In this document: piece after piece, positions 31,579 to 39,193 of the stretch
Position numbering within the stretch: position 1 is the stretch's first letter
Layout: each line of letters opens with the position of its first letter
Source: an uncultured Candidatus Saccharibacteria bacterium
GTDB lineage: Bacteria > Patescibacteriota > Minisyncoccia > Minisyncoccales > MHMH01
Assembly (NCBI GenBank): GCA_964393465.1
Contig: CAYMTT010000002.1
Span: 1-47,510, forward strand
Length of the DNA: 47,510 bases
Direction of reading: 5' to 3'
Position numbers and translations under genes: made by a program
The notes under the pieces: generated by a model
The model's database searches: none
The model's input: the letters and a program-made list of their open reading frames with translations, nothing else
What the model was told of the DNA's origin: nothing

Positions 31579-32625
31579 ATGCTTAAAAAAAGAATTTTAT
31601 CTATATTTTTTCTGGCCGGATTGCTGCTTTCTGCAAGCGGAGGTTTTTTATCGGCGCAAGACAGGCCCCTGGAGCTCGATTATCCGACCATACCCGGCGT
31701 AACCATCGTTCCAAAAAACGTTGAAGAGACCTCCTTGCCAGAATACATAGACTATATCTTCAATCTGGCTCTCTGGGTGGTGGGATTAATCGCTTTCGGA
31801 GCCCTGGTTTACGGAGGATTCAGATATATAACTTCCATGGGGAATCCGGCTTCGATGGGAGACGCCAAAAGCCAGATTTTCGCTGGAATTCTCGGTTTAA
31901 TAATTCTTGTGTCTTCTTATCTTGTCTTGACGACTATAAACCCTCAGCTTGTGGTTTTCGACGTGGAAGAAATACAAAATGTCTCCACCGTCGGACCGGG
32001 CGTCTGGCTCTGTAATGCCTCCATTGATAATATTGAAAGTTTTATGGAAAATCCAAACAACTTCGAGTCCGAAGAAAGAGAGCGCCTGACTCAATTGGTG
32101 CAAAATCATTGTTTCAGACCCTCGACCAAAACCTTGATTCCCGATCGTATAAAAAACGGCCTGGAAAAGGCCTATGTGGTGGGGGATTATGGGGCTGTCC
32201 TGCACGAGGGACCGGAACCTTTCAAAGGCGAATGCCAGGTTGTCGCCCAGAGCCAGTCGGTGGGAACTGCCAACTCGGTGACTCCTTTCCTTATAAACGA
32301 AACGGCTTTTGCTGGGAACGGGGTTACCTTATATGAAAACAGGGATTTTAATCTCGACGAGCCGGGAAAGGAAGCCAATTACACTTCCGACGCCAGCAGC
32401 GGCATGGAGCCCTGCCAGTCAATAAAAATAAACGAAGAAAACCAATGGGTAGCCGTAGCTTTCAAAGACAGGGGCTTCCAAGGAGAGTGTGAAGTTTTCG
32501 ACAGAAGTGATAGGGATTTAAACGACGATTACGTGGGCAGATTCTGCATCCCCGGTCTTGCTTTCTGGGAGAGGCAAACCTGCATATATTCTCTGAAGGT
32601 ATTTAAAGGGTTGCTCTTGGATTAA
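31579..32625 (+). CDS. pilin-module fusion protein with a different, possibly beta/gamma-crystallin-like C-terminal domain (348 aa)
   Basis: It has the same N-terminal module (LELDYPTIPG, LPEYIDYIFNL, GFRYITSMGNPASMGDAKSQ, TTINPQLVVFD). The C-terminus has repeated VTLYENRDFN / AVAFKDRGFQGECEVFDRSDRDL-type motifs. Confidence 0.7.
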   Translation: MLKKRILSIFFLAGLLLSASGGFLSAQDRPLELDYPTIPGVTIVPKNVEETSLPEYIDYIFNLALWVVGLIAFGALVYGGFRYITSMGNPASMGDAKSQIFAGILGLIILVSSYLVLTTINPQLVVFDVEEIQNVSTVGPGVWLCNASIDNIESFMENPNNFESEERERLTQLVQNHCFRPSTKTLIPDRIKNGLEKAYVVGDYGAVLHEGPEPFKGECQVVAQSQSVGTANSVTPFLINETAFAGNGVTLYENRDFNLDEPGKEANYTSDASSGMEPCQSIKINEENQWVAVAFKDRGFQGECEVFDRSDRDLNDDYVGRFCIPGLAFWERQTCIYSLKVFKGLLLD

Positions 32626-33083
32626 TGCCCCGGCTTTATAATCACTCTTCTGCGCAGGCCTTCTCCCTCGCTTTCGGTAATGACGTTCTCCCTGCCTGAC
32701 AATTCCAAATGGATTATTCTCCTTTCGTAGGCAGGCATGGGAGGCAAGGGTCTTTCCATTCTGGTTAAAACCACTTCGTCTGCCATGTTTCTGACTATTT
32801 CCTTCAGATATTCGGCTTTCTTTTTTTTATAGTTGTTAATATCCAGATCGACGTAGAAAACCTCTTGAGAGGTTATTTTTTTCTTCAGAACGTTTTTTAA
32901 AAGATTTTGGATTTCGATTAAAGTGCGGCCCTTTTCTCCTATTAAGAATCTGGGCTCGTCGGTTTTCAAATCGATTGGTATTGTCGAATCACTCGGTTCC
33001 CCGACTGTCACCTGAACCGGAAAGCCGGTCCTTTTGAAAAAGTCCTCCACCGCTTCTTTAATTTTCCTGTGCTCTTCCTGCAT
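32622..33083 (-). CDS. jag: Jag-type KH/R3H RNA-binding protein (153 aa)
   Basis: KH-like region (LIGEKGRTLIEIQNLL) and R3H (PAYERRIIHLEL). It follows yidC as in the canonical origin cluster. Confidence 0.85.
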   Translation of the reverse strand: MQEEHRKIKEAVEDFFKRTGFPVQVTVGEPSDSTIPIDLKTDEPRFLIGEKGRTLIEIQNLLKNVLKKKITSQEVFYVDLDINNYKKKKAEYLKEIVRNMADEVVLTRMERPLPPMPAYERRIIHLELSGRENVITESEGEGLRRRVIIKPGH

Positions 33084-33786
33084 ATTTGCTGTTATCGCTC
33101 TTTTTAAGGATAATATATTGCTGGCCGATTGTAAAGAGGGTGGTGGTAAGCCAGTAAAGAGCGATGGCAGAAGGAAGTTGCCAGAGGATAAAAACCGTAA
33201 AGATGGGGAAAAAATACAACATTTGCTTCTGCATCATCTGGGAAAAATCCGCGGGTTTTTTATCATTCTTGGGCTGGCCGCTGGTTTTAGCCTGAAAAAA
33301 CTGGGCGATCCCGGTAATAAAAGCCAGCATCGCCGACTTTTCGGAGAGATTGATCAACCCCAAAAAAGAGGGGTCCAACTGCCCGGGGTGGGGGATGAAA
33401 CCGTAAAGATTTTTAAGCTGTTCGGCTTCCAGGCCCTGTTTAAAAAGCCAAAAAAGAGTTATCAGGACGGGCAATTGAATTAAAATGGGCAAAAAGCCGG
33501 AAAAGGGGTTAACCTGCTCTTTTTTGTATAAATCCATTACTTCTTTCACTTGTTTTTCCTTGTCGTTTTTGAATTTTTCCTGTAGAGCTTTTACTTTCGG
33601 CTGTATTTCGGTGATTTTCTTTTGGTTTTTTATTCCTTTGGCCGCCAACGGATAAAGCAAAAATTTAATCAGCAAAGTGAGCACAATGACCGCCACGCCA
33701 AAATCCCTGCCCGGAAAATACTGATAAATCAGAATGAGCGCGTTGAATAAAGGTTGATAAAGTATGGTATGAAAAAAATCAATCAT
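33058..33786 (-). CDS. yidC: membrane protein insertase YidC, short Oxa1-like form (242 aa)
   Basis: LLIKFLLYPL..K......KI..IQPKVKALQEKFK.DKEK....MDLYKKE.VNP..G.LP.LIQLP. It shows rnpA-yidC synteny. Confidence 0.9.
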   Translation of the reverse strand: MIDFFHTILYQPLFNALILIYQYFPGRDFGVAVIVLTLLIKFLLYPLAAKGIKNQKKITEIQPKVKALQEKFKNDKEKQVKEVMDLYKKEQVNPFSGFLPILIQLPVLITLFWLFKQGLEAEQLKNLYGFIPHPGQLDPSFLGLINLSEKSAMLAFITGIAQFFQAKTSGQPKNDKKPADFSQMMQKQMLYFFPIFTVFILWQLPSAIALYWLTTTLFTIGQQYIILKKSDNSKYAGRAQEN

Positions 33787-34129
33787 GGTTTTGAAGTAAT
33801 TGAGCTTTTTTAAGCAGTTTAATTAAAGTTTGTTCGGTTGTTTCAAAGTCTTTTTCGGCAGATTCCGGCCTGGCCACCAAAACGACGTCGTATCCTTTTT
33901 TTGTCCTTTTAAGCGCGCCCCTCAAGGCTTCCTGCAAGCGCCTTTTTATTTTGTTTCTTGTAACCGCTTTTTTGGCCGTTTTCTGGCTGACGACGAAACC
34001 GAAACGGCTTTCTTTGAGCCCGTTTTCGGCCATTTTCAAAAATAAAAAATCTTCCTTGAAATTTCTTCCTTTCTTGAAAACTTTTTCGAAATCTTTCTTT
34101 TTTCTCAGCCGATTGGCTTGAGCCAACAT
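33779..34129 (-). CDS. rnpA: ribonuclease P protein component (116 aa)
   Basis: LRKKKDFEKVFKKG, a basic RNR-like segment (KKAVTRNKIKRRL), and rpmH-rnpA synteny. Confidence 0.9.
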   Translation of the reverse strand: MLAQANRLRKKKDFEKVFKKGRNFKEDFLFLKMAENGLKESRFGFVVSQKTAKKAVTRNKIKRRLQEALRGALKRTKKGYDVVLVARPESAEKDFETTEQTLIKLLKKAQLLQNHD

Positions 34130-34132
34130 AAA

Positions 34133-34258
34133 TCAAACAGTTAACCTCTGCCTTTTTTTGCTTCTCCTCCGGTTCAAAACCTTGCTGTTTTTCCGGCGAG
34201 ATCTGAACCCGTGCACCTTCTTTCTTTTCCTTTTTTTGGGGTTATGTGTGAATGACAT
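34133..34258 (-). CDS. rpmH: 50S ribosomal protein bL34 (41 aa; not in the ORF track)
   Basis: Hand-translated: MSFTHNPKKRKRKKVHGFRSRRKNSKVLNRRRSKKRQRLTV. The KRKR..HGFR...RR..GR..L.V pattern is typical, and the stop is 3 nt before the rnpA ATG. Confidence 0.9.
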   Translation of the reverse strand: MSFTHNPKKRKRKKVHGFRSRRKNSKVLNRRRSKKRQRLTV

Positions 34259-34338
34259 ATGTTTAAATATTAACAATTTTTCCCCATTTTTTCAACACCT
34301 CTTTCTCTTTTCGGTTCATTTTGTTTTTATTTGACATG

Positions 34339-34347
34339 TGCTATAAT
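34339..34347 (+). promoter_or_regulatory. extended -10 promoter element for dnaA
   Basis: TGcTATAAT (34339-34347), 26 nt before the dnaA ATG. The -35 is weak. Confidence 0.45.
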
Positions 34348-34373
34348 AGCTCTTGTAACCAAAAAATTCTCGT

Positions 34374-35744
34374 ATGAACAAAGAAGAACTGTGGCAAGCG
34401 CTTCTTGCTCAAGTCCAATTGAATATCTCCAAAGCCAATTTCGCCACTTGGTTTAAAAACACGGAAATAATATCCAAAAAAGAGGGGCAGGTGATAATTT
34501 CTGTGCCGAATAATTTTTCCAAAGAATGGCTGGAAAACAAGTATAACAAGTCTATTTCCAAAATCCTCCACAGTTTGGACGACGATATAAAAGAGATTAA
34601 ATACTGCGTGGCTCAGCCGGGCGCCAGTCCTTCTTTTTCGTCAACGGCCACTTCGACCAAAAAAAGGTCTCAAAATCAAATTTTCTCCCAGCTAGAATTC
34701 CAAGAGTTTAAAATAGACAAAGAAACTAATTTAAACCCCCGCTATACTTTCGACAATTTCATAGTGGGGCCTTTTAATGAATTGCCCCATGCGGCCGCCT
34801 GGGCGATAGTAAAAAATCCCGGTTTCGTTTACAACCCCTTGTTTATATATGGAGGAGTCGGACTGGGAAAAACCCATCTTTTGCAGGCGATAGGAAACGG
34901 GGTCATTAAAAAATTCCCTCAAAAAAAGATAAAATACGTTTCTTCCGAAAAACTTATCTCGGGAATAGTAAATTCCATTCAAAACCGCAACATAGAAAAA
35001 CTAAAGTCTTTATACAAAGACACGGACGTTTTGATAGTAGACGACATTCAATTTTTAGCCGGCAAAGAAAAGACCCAAGAAGAATTCTTTCACATATTCA
35101 ACAACCTATACGACAAAAACAAACAAATAATTTTATCTTCTGACCGCTCTCCCAAAGCCATTTCTTCTTTAGAAGAAAGACTGAGATCTCGTTTCGAGGG
35201 AGGAATGATAGCCGACATCGGTTTTCCGGACGTAGAAACGAGAATAGCTATTTTAAACTCCAAATCTCAGGAAAAAAACATCAATCTTTCCGGTGAAATA
35301 ATAGAATATATAGCCAACAATATCCAGAGGAACATAAGAGAATTGGAAGGGGCTTTAAATAGAATAATAGCTTACCAGAGACTTAATAATTCCACTCCCT
35401 CCCTGGAAACCGTCAAAACTTTATTGAAAAACCTTGTTTTTTCTCCGAAAAACGTGGTTACCCCCGAAAAAATAATAAAATCTGTTGCGTTTTTTTACGA
35501 CATTAAAGAAAGGGATCTTTTGGACGTTTCCAGAAAAAAAGAGATAGTTAAACCTCGCCAGGTATCGATGTATCTTTTAAGGGAAGAATTAAAAAGCTCT
35601 TTTCCTTTTATTGGCAGAAAGTTCGGAGGAAAAGATCACACTACCGCCATTCACGCCTACAATAAAATTTCCAAAGGGGTGGATTCCGACGAAAATTTAA
35701 ACAAGGAAATAGAGTTGATAAAAGAACAGATAAGCCGTTTATAA
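34374..35744 (+). CDS. dnaA: chromosomal replication initiator DnaA (456 aa)
   Basis: Walker A GGVGLGKTHLL, Walker B VLIVDDIQFL, sensor/box VII regions, and the C-terminal DNA-binding helix ...GGKDHTTAIHAYNKI. Confidence 0.95.
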   Translation: MNKEELWQALLAQVQLNISKANFATWFKNTEIISKKEGQVIISVPNNFSKEWLENKYNKSISKILHSLDDDIKEIKYCVAQPGASPSFSSTATSTKKRSQNQIFSQLEFQEFKIDKETNLNPRYTFDNFIVGPFNELPHAAAWAIVKNPGFVYNPLFIYGGVGLGKTHLLQAIGNGVIKKFPQKKIKYVSSEKLISGIVNSIQNRNIEKLKSLYKDTDVLIVDDIQFLAGKEKTQEEFFHIFNNLYDKNKQIILSSDRSPKAISSLEERLRSRFEGGMIADIGFPDVETRIAILNSKSQEKNINLSGEIIEYIANNIQRNIRELEGALNRIIAYQRLNNSTPSLETVKTLLKNLVFSPKNVVTPEKIIKSVAFFYDIKERDLLDVSRKKEIVKPRQVSMYLLREELKSSFPFIGRKFGGKDHTTAIHAYNKISKGVDSDENLNKEIELIKEQISRL

Positions 35745-35885
35745 GTTGTTGATAAAAAAAAGACTGATTGTTTTTCTTTTTAATCCCAACTTTATCCAAT
35801 AATTATTAGAAGGTTTTAAACAGTTTTTTCCCCAATTCAATTAAAATAAAATAATTAATTATCCACAACAACAATAATAACAACT
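35745..35885. other. candidate oriC (dnaA-dnaN spacer)
   Basis: A very AT-rich 141-nt spacer with a perfect DnaA box TTATCCACA (35859-35867) and a 7/9 box TTATCCAAT (35792-35800). It has the classic rpmH/dnaA/dnaN context. Confidence 0.5.
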
Positions 35886-37016
35886 ATGAAATTAATAGTT
35901 TTAAAAGAAAATATAAATAAAGGTTTAAATATTGTTGGCAGAGTAACCGGAAAAAATTTAACTCTTCCGATTTTAAGTAATATTTTAATTTCCACTCAAA
36001 AAAATATTTTAAATCTTTCCGGAACAGATCTTGAAATAGGGATAAAATATTGGGTTTTGTGTAAAACCGAAAAAGAGGGAAAAATAACAATTCCCGCCAG
36101 AACCATATCGAATTTTATAAATCTTTTACCCGAAGAAAAAATAACCTTGGAAACTAAAAATCAGGATTTAATAATAAACTGTAAAAATAATAATACTAAA
36201 ATTAAAGGATTGGATGCGGAAGAATTTCCTATTATTCCAAAAACTGAAAATAAAGATTTTATAGAATTAAATTCTCAATTTTTTTGCCAAGGGCTTTCTC
36301 AGGTCGTTGATTTTTGCGCAATAAACCAAGCCCGTCCGGAATTGTCGGGAGTTTATTTTAGTTTTCAAAAAGATAAATTGAAAATAACAGCCACTGACAG
36401 TTTCAGGTTGGCAGAAAAAGTTTTAAAATTTGAACAAAAAACCAATAAAGAATTTTCATTTATACTCCCCCAAAAAACCGCCAGAGAGGTAGTTAATATT
36501 TTTTCCGAAAATGAAGGAAAGATAAAATTATATTATTCTTCCAATCAAGTTTTATTTGAGTCCCCGATAAAAGAATCTTCCTATCCGCAGGTCCAACTGG
36601 TTTCCCGTTTGATAGAGGGGGAATATCCCGATTATCAGGGAATAATTCCGGATAAACACGACGTTCAGGTGATTTTGAACAGGGAAGATTTTTTAAATCA
36701 AGTTAAAACTGCCAGTATTTTCAGTGGCAAAAGCAATGAAGTTAAAATTAAAACCAACCCCGAAAAAGGCGGAATAGAAATTCTTTCCCAAAATCCGGAG
36801 CTGGGAGAAAATAAAAATTTCTTATCCGGCCAAATAAACGGAGGAGATAAAAAAGAGTTAGAAACCTCTTTTAATTATAAATTCCTCTTGGAGGGACTGT
36901 CGAATATAAAAAGCCCGAAAATAGTTTTCGAGCTTAATAAAGAAGAAGGACCGGCAGTAGTCAAACCCGAAGGAGATCCCAATTATCTTTATATATTGAT
37001 GCCCATTAAGTCTTAG
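35886..37016 (+). CDS. dnaN: DNA polymerase III beta sliding clamp (376 aa)
   Basis: Follows dnaA. Three-domain clamp length, with the typical start MKLIVLKENINKGLNIV and ..ATDSFRLAEK. Confidence 0.93.
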   Translation: MKLIVLKENINKGLNIVGRVTGKNLTLPILSNILISTQKNILNLSGTDLEIGIKYWVLCKTEKEGKITIPARTISNFINLLPEEKITLETKNQDLIINCKNNNTKIKGLDAEEFPIIPKTENKDFIELNSQFFCQGLSQVVDFCAINQARPELSGVYFSFQKDKLKITATDSFRLAEKVLKFEQKTNKEFSFILPQKTAREVVNIFSENEGKIKLYYSSNQVLFESPIKESSYPQVQLVSRLIEGEYPDYQGIIPDKHDVQVILNREDFLNQVKTASIFSGKSNEVKIKTNPEKGGIEILSQNPELGENKNFLSGQINGGDKKELETSFNYKFLLEGLSNIKSPKIVFELNKEEGPAVVKPEGDPNYLYILMPIKS

Positions 37017-39118
37017 GAATCCGAAATGTCGGTCGAAGTGGGGTGCAGATAATAATAAATAGCTTTTTCCCAATTTGGATATTGTTTATCTCTTTCGGGC
37101 TCTTCTTCGAGATAATACAATATGGAATGAGGATCTTCCAGATCCAACGTTTCTTTTAAGGGTAAATTTTCAACATAAGCGGATTCGTCCGCTTTTTTAA
37201 ATTCCGTGTTGGGAAAATATTCCAAAGCCTTTTCCATAAAAGAATTCCAAATGGGAGCCGCTAAAACCAGGCCCGGCTTTTGATCGGTGGAAGAACTGTT
37301 GTTGTTTCCGGCCCAAACTCCGGCCACCAAGTTCGGGGTGTAGCCGATCGTCCAGGCGTCTTTGTATTGCTGGGTGGTTCCGGTCTTGGCCGCTACCTGA
37401 TATCCCGGGATATATAAAGAAGATCTGGAACCGAATAAAGGGGCTCTGGCTTCATTATCGGAGAGTACGTCGTTGATTATTCTGGTTACCTGAGATTCCA
37501 AGGCCCTTTTAGGGGTTTTTTTATTCTCTTCTATTATATTTCCTTCAGAATCCTCTATTCTTAAAATAAAAGAAGGCTCGGTTTTTATACCGTCTGCGGC
37601 AAAAACCCCGTAAGCTGAAACCATATCAATAAGTTTCACTTCTCCTCCTCCCAGAACCAAAGCCAGTCCGTAGAATCCGAGATCTTCATTTAATGTGGAT
37701 ATTTCCATCGATTTTGCCAATTTTATGGTTTCTTTAACTCCGGCCAGGTAAAGAACTTTGACCGAAGGAACATTTATGGATTGGGCCAAGGCTTCTCTCA
37801 AAGAGACGGGGCCTCTGAATTTTTCGTCGTAGTTTTTGGGATGATAACAGTCGAGTCCGTTCTCATTTTCTTCCTGGTCGGCCGTACTGGTGCAGTTCGG
37901 ATTAAATTCGGTTTTTACGTCCCAAAGAACGGTTTCCGGCGAGGCTCCGCTTTTAAAAAACTGAGAATAGGCAAAGGGTTTAAAAGCAGATCCCGGCTGT
38001 CTGCCGCCTCCGTAAACCGTGACATTAACCTTGGGCTCAAAAAAACAATTTAAACCCGGTTCGCATCCTTCAGGATACAATTGGCCCCAATAATCTGCGG
38101 ATCCGACCATAGCTAGAATTCCTCCGGTATTAGGATCCATAGCAACCAGCCCGGCGTTGTGAGAATTAAAACTTTTATTTATTTCTATCCTTTCTTGGAC
38201 GGCTTCCTCCGCCAGCTGCTGCAGGTCCCAATCCAAGGTGGTATATATTCTCAAACCCTTTTCCCTGAGGAAATAGTCTGAATATTTGTTTTCCAAATAG
38301 TTTTTTACATAAAGAACGAAATGAGGAGCCAGTATTTGATGGCGGATGTCGGCAAAAACAATTTCTTTTTCCTGAGCTTCTTTTGATTCTTCCTTCGATA
38401 TGTAGCCCAAAGAAGCCATTCTTTCCAAGATAAAATCTTTAACGTCCATCAATTCTTGGTGATTGGGCCCTTCGGGGGAAAGTCGGCTGGGGCCGCGTAT
38501 CAAAGCGGCCAAAATTGCGGATTCTTCCAGGGTCAGTTCCTGGACCGGTTTGTTAAAATAAGTTTTGGAAGCGGCTCCAACTCCGTAGGCATTGAAACCG
38601 AAAGGAATTTGGTTTAAGTAAAATTCCAGAATTTGGTCTTTGGAATAACGCCTTTCCAATTCCAGAGTGAGAATTATTTCCTTTGCTTTTCTTTGTATAG
38701 TTTTGTCGAGCGTCAGAAAACTGGATCTTATCAGTTGTTGGGAAATAGTAGACCCTCCGTATACGGGCTTGCCAATTTGTATATTCTTTAAAATCGACCT
38801 CAAAATGCCTTTTAAATCTATGCCGGGGTGGTTGTAAAAATTCGAGTCTTCGGCAGCCAGCGCCGCTTTTTTAAAATGATCGGGCACCTGGTCCAAACTG
38901 ACTATGGTTCTTTTTTCTTCTCCGTAAATCTGGTATAAAAGAGTTTCTCCGTTGCGATCGTAAATTTCGGCCGGCAGCACGAAAGGTTTTTCCGTGAAAA
39001 CTTCTGGCCTGGGCAGGTCATTGGCGTAATAAATAAAAACAAGCAGGGCGCAGAAAAAAAATAAAGCCAGCGTCCCGCCAATTATTTTAATTACCAATGC
39101 AGTTTTGGGCGATAACAT
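37013..39118 (-). CDS. class A penicillin-binding protein (glycosyltransferase GT51 plus transpeptidase, 701 aa)
   Basis: N-terminal TM. GT51 motifs EDSNFYNHPGID, GGSTISQQL and RKAKE. Transpeptidase motifs SAFKP (SxxK), SIN (SxN) and KTGTT. Confidence 0.92.
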   Translation of the reverse strand: MLSPKTALVIKIIGGTLALFFFCALLVFIYYANDLPRPEVFTEKPFVLPAEIYDRNGETLLYQIYGEEKRTIVSLDQVPDHFKKAALAAEDSNFYNHPGIDLKGILRSILKNIQIGKPVYGGSTISQQLIRSSFLTLDKTIQRKAKEIILTLELERRYSKDQILEFYLNQIPFGFNAYGVGAASKTYFNKPVQELTLEESAILAALIRGPSRLSPEGPNHQELMDVKDFILERMASLGYISKEESKEAQEKEIVFADIRHQILAPHFVLYVKNYLENKYSDYFLREKGLRIYTTLDWDLQQLAEEAVQERIEINKSFNSHNAGLVAMDPNTGGILAMVGSADYWGQLYPEGCEPGLNCFFEPKVNVTVYGGGRQPGSAFKPFAYSQFFKSGASPETVLWDVKTEFNPNCTSTADQEENENGLDCYHPKNYDEKFRGPVSLREALAQSINVPSVKVLYLAGVKETIKLAKSMEISTLNEDLGFYGLALVLGGGEVKLIDMVSAYGVFAADGIKTEPSFILRIEDSEGNIIEENKKTPKRALESQVTRIINDVLSDNEARAPLFGSRSSLYIPGYQVAAKTGTTQQYKDAWTIGYTPNLVAGVWAGNNNSSSTDQKPGLVLAAPIWNSFMEKALEYFPNTEFKKADESAYVENLPLKETLDLEDPHSILYYLEEEPERDKQYPNWEKAIYYYLHPTSTDISDS

Positions 39119-39193
39119 ACTTCAATTAGGAATTATATCACCTCTTTTTGTTTTTTTCAAAACATGATAGATTATAATTGAAACAATTTTCTC

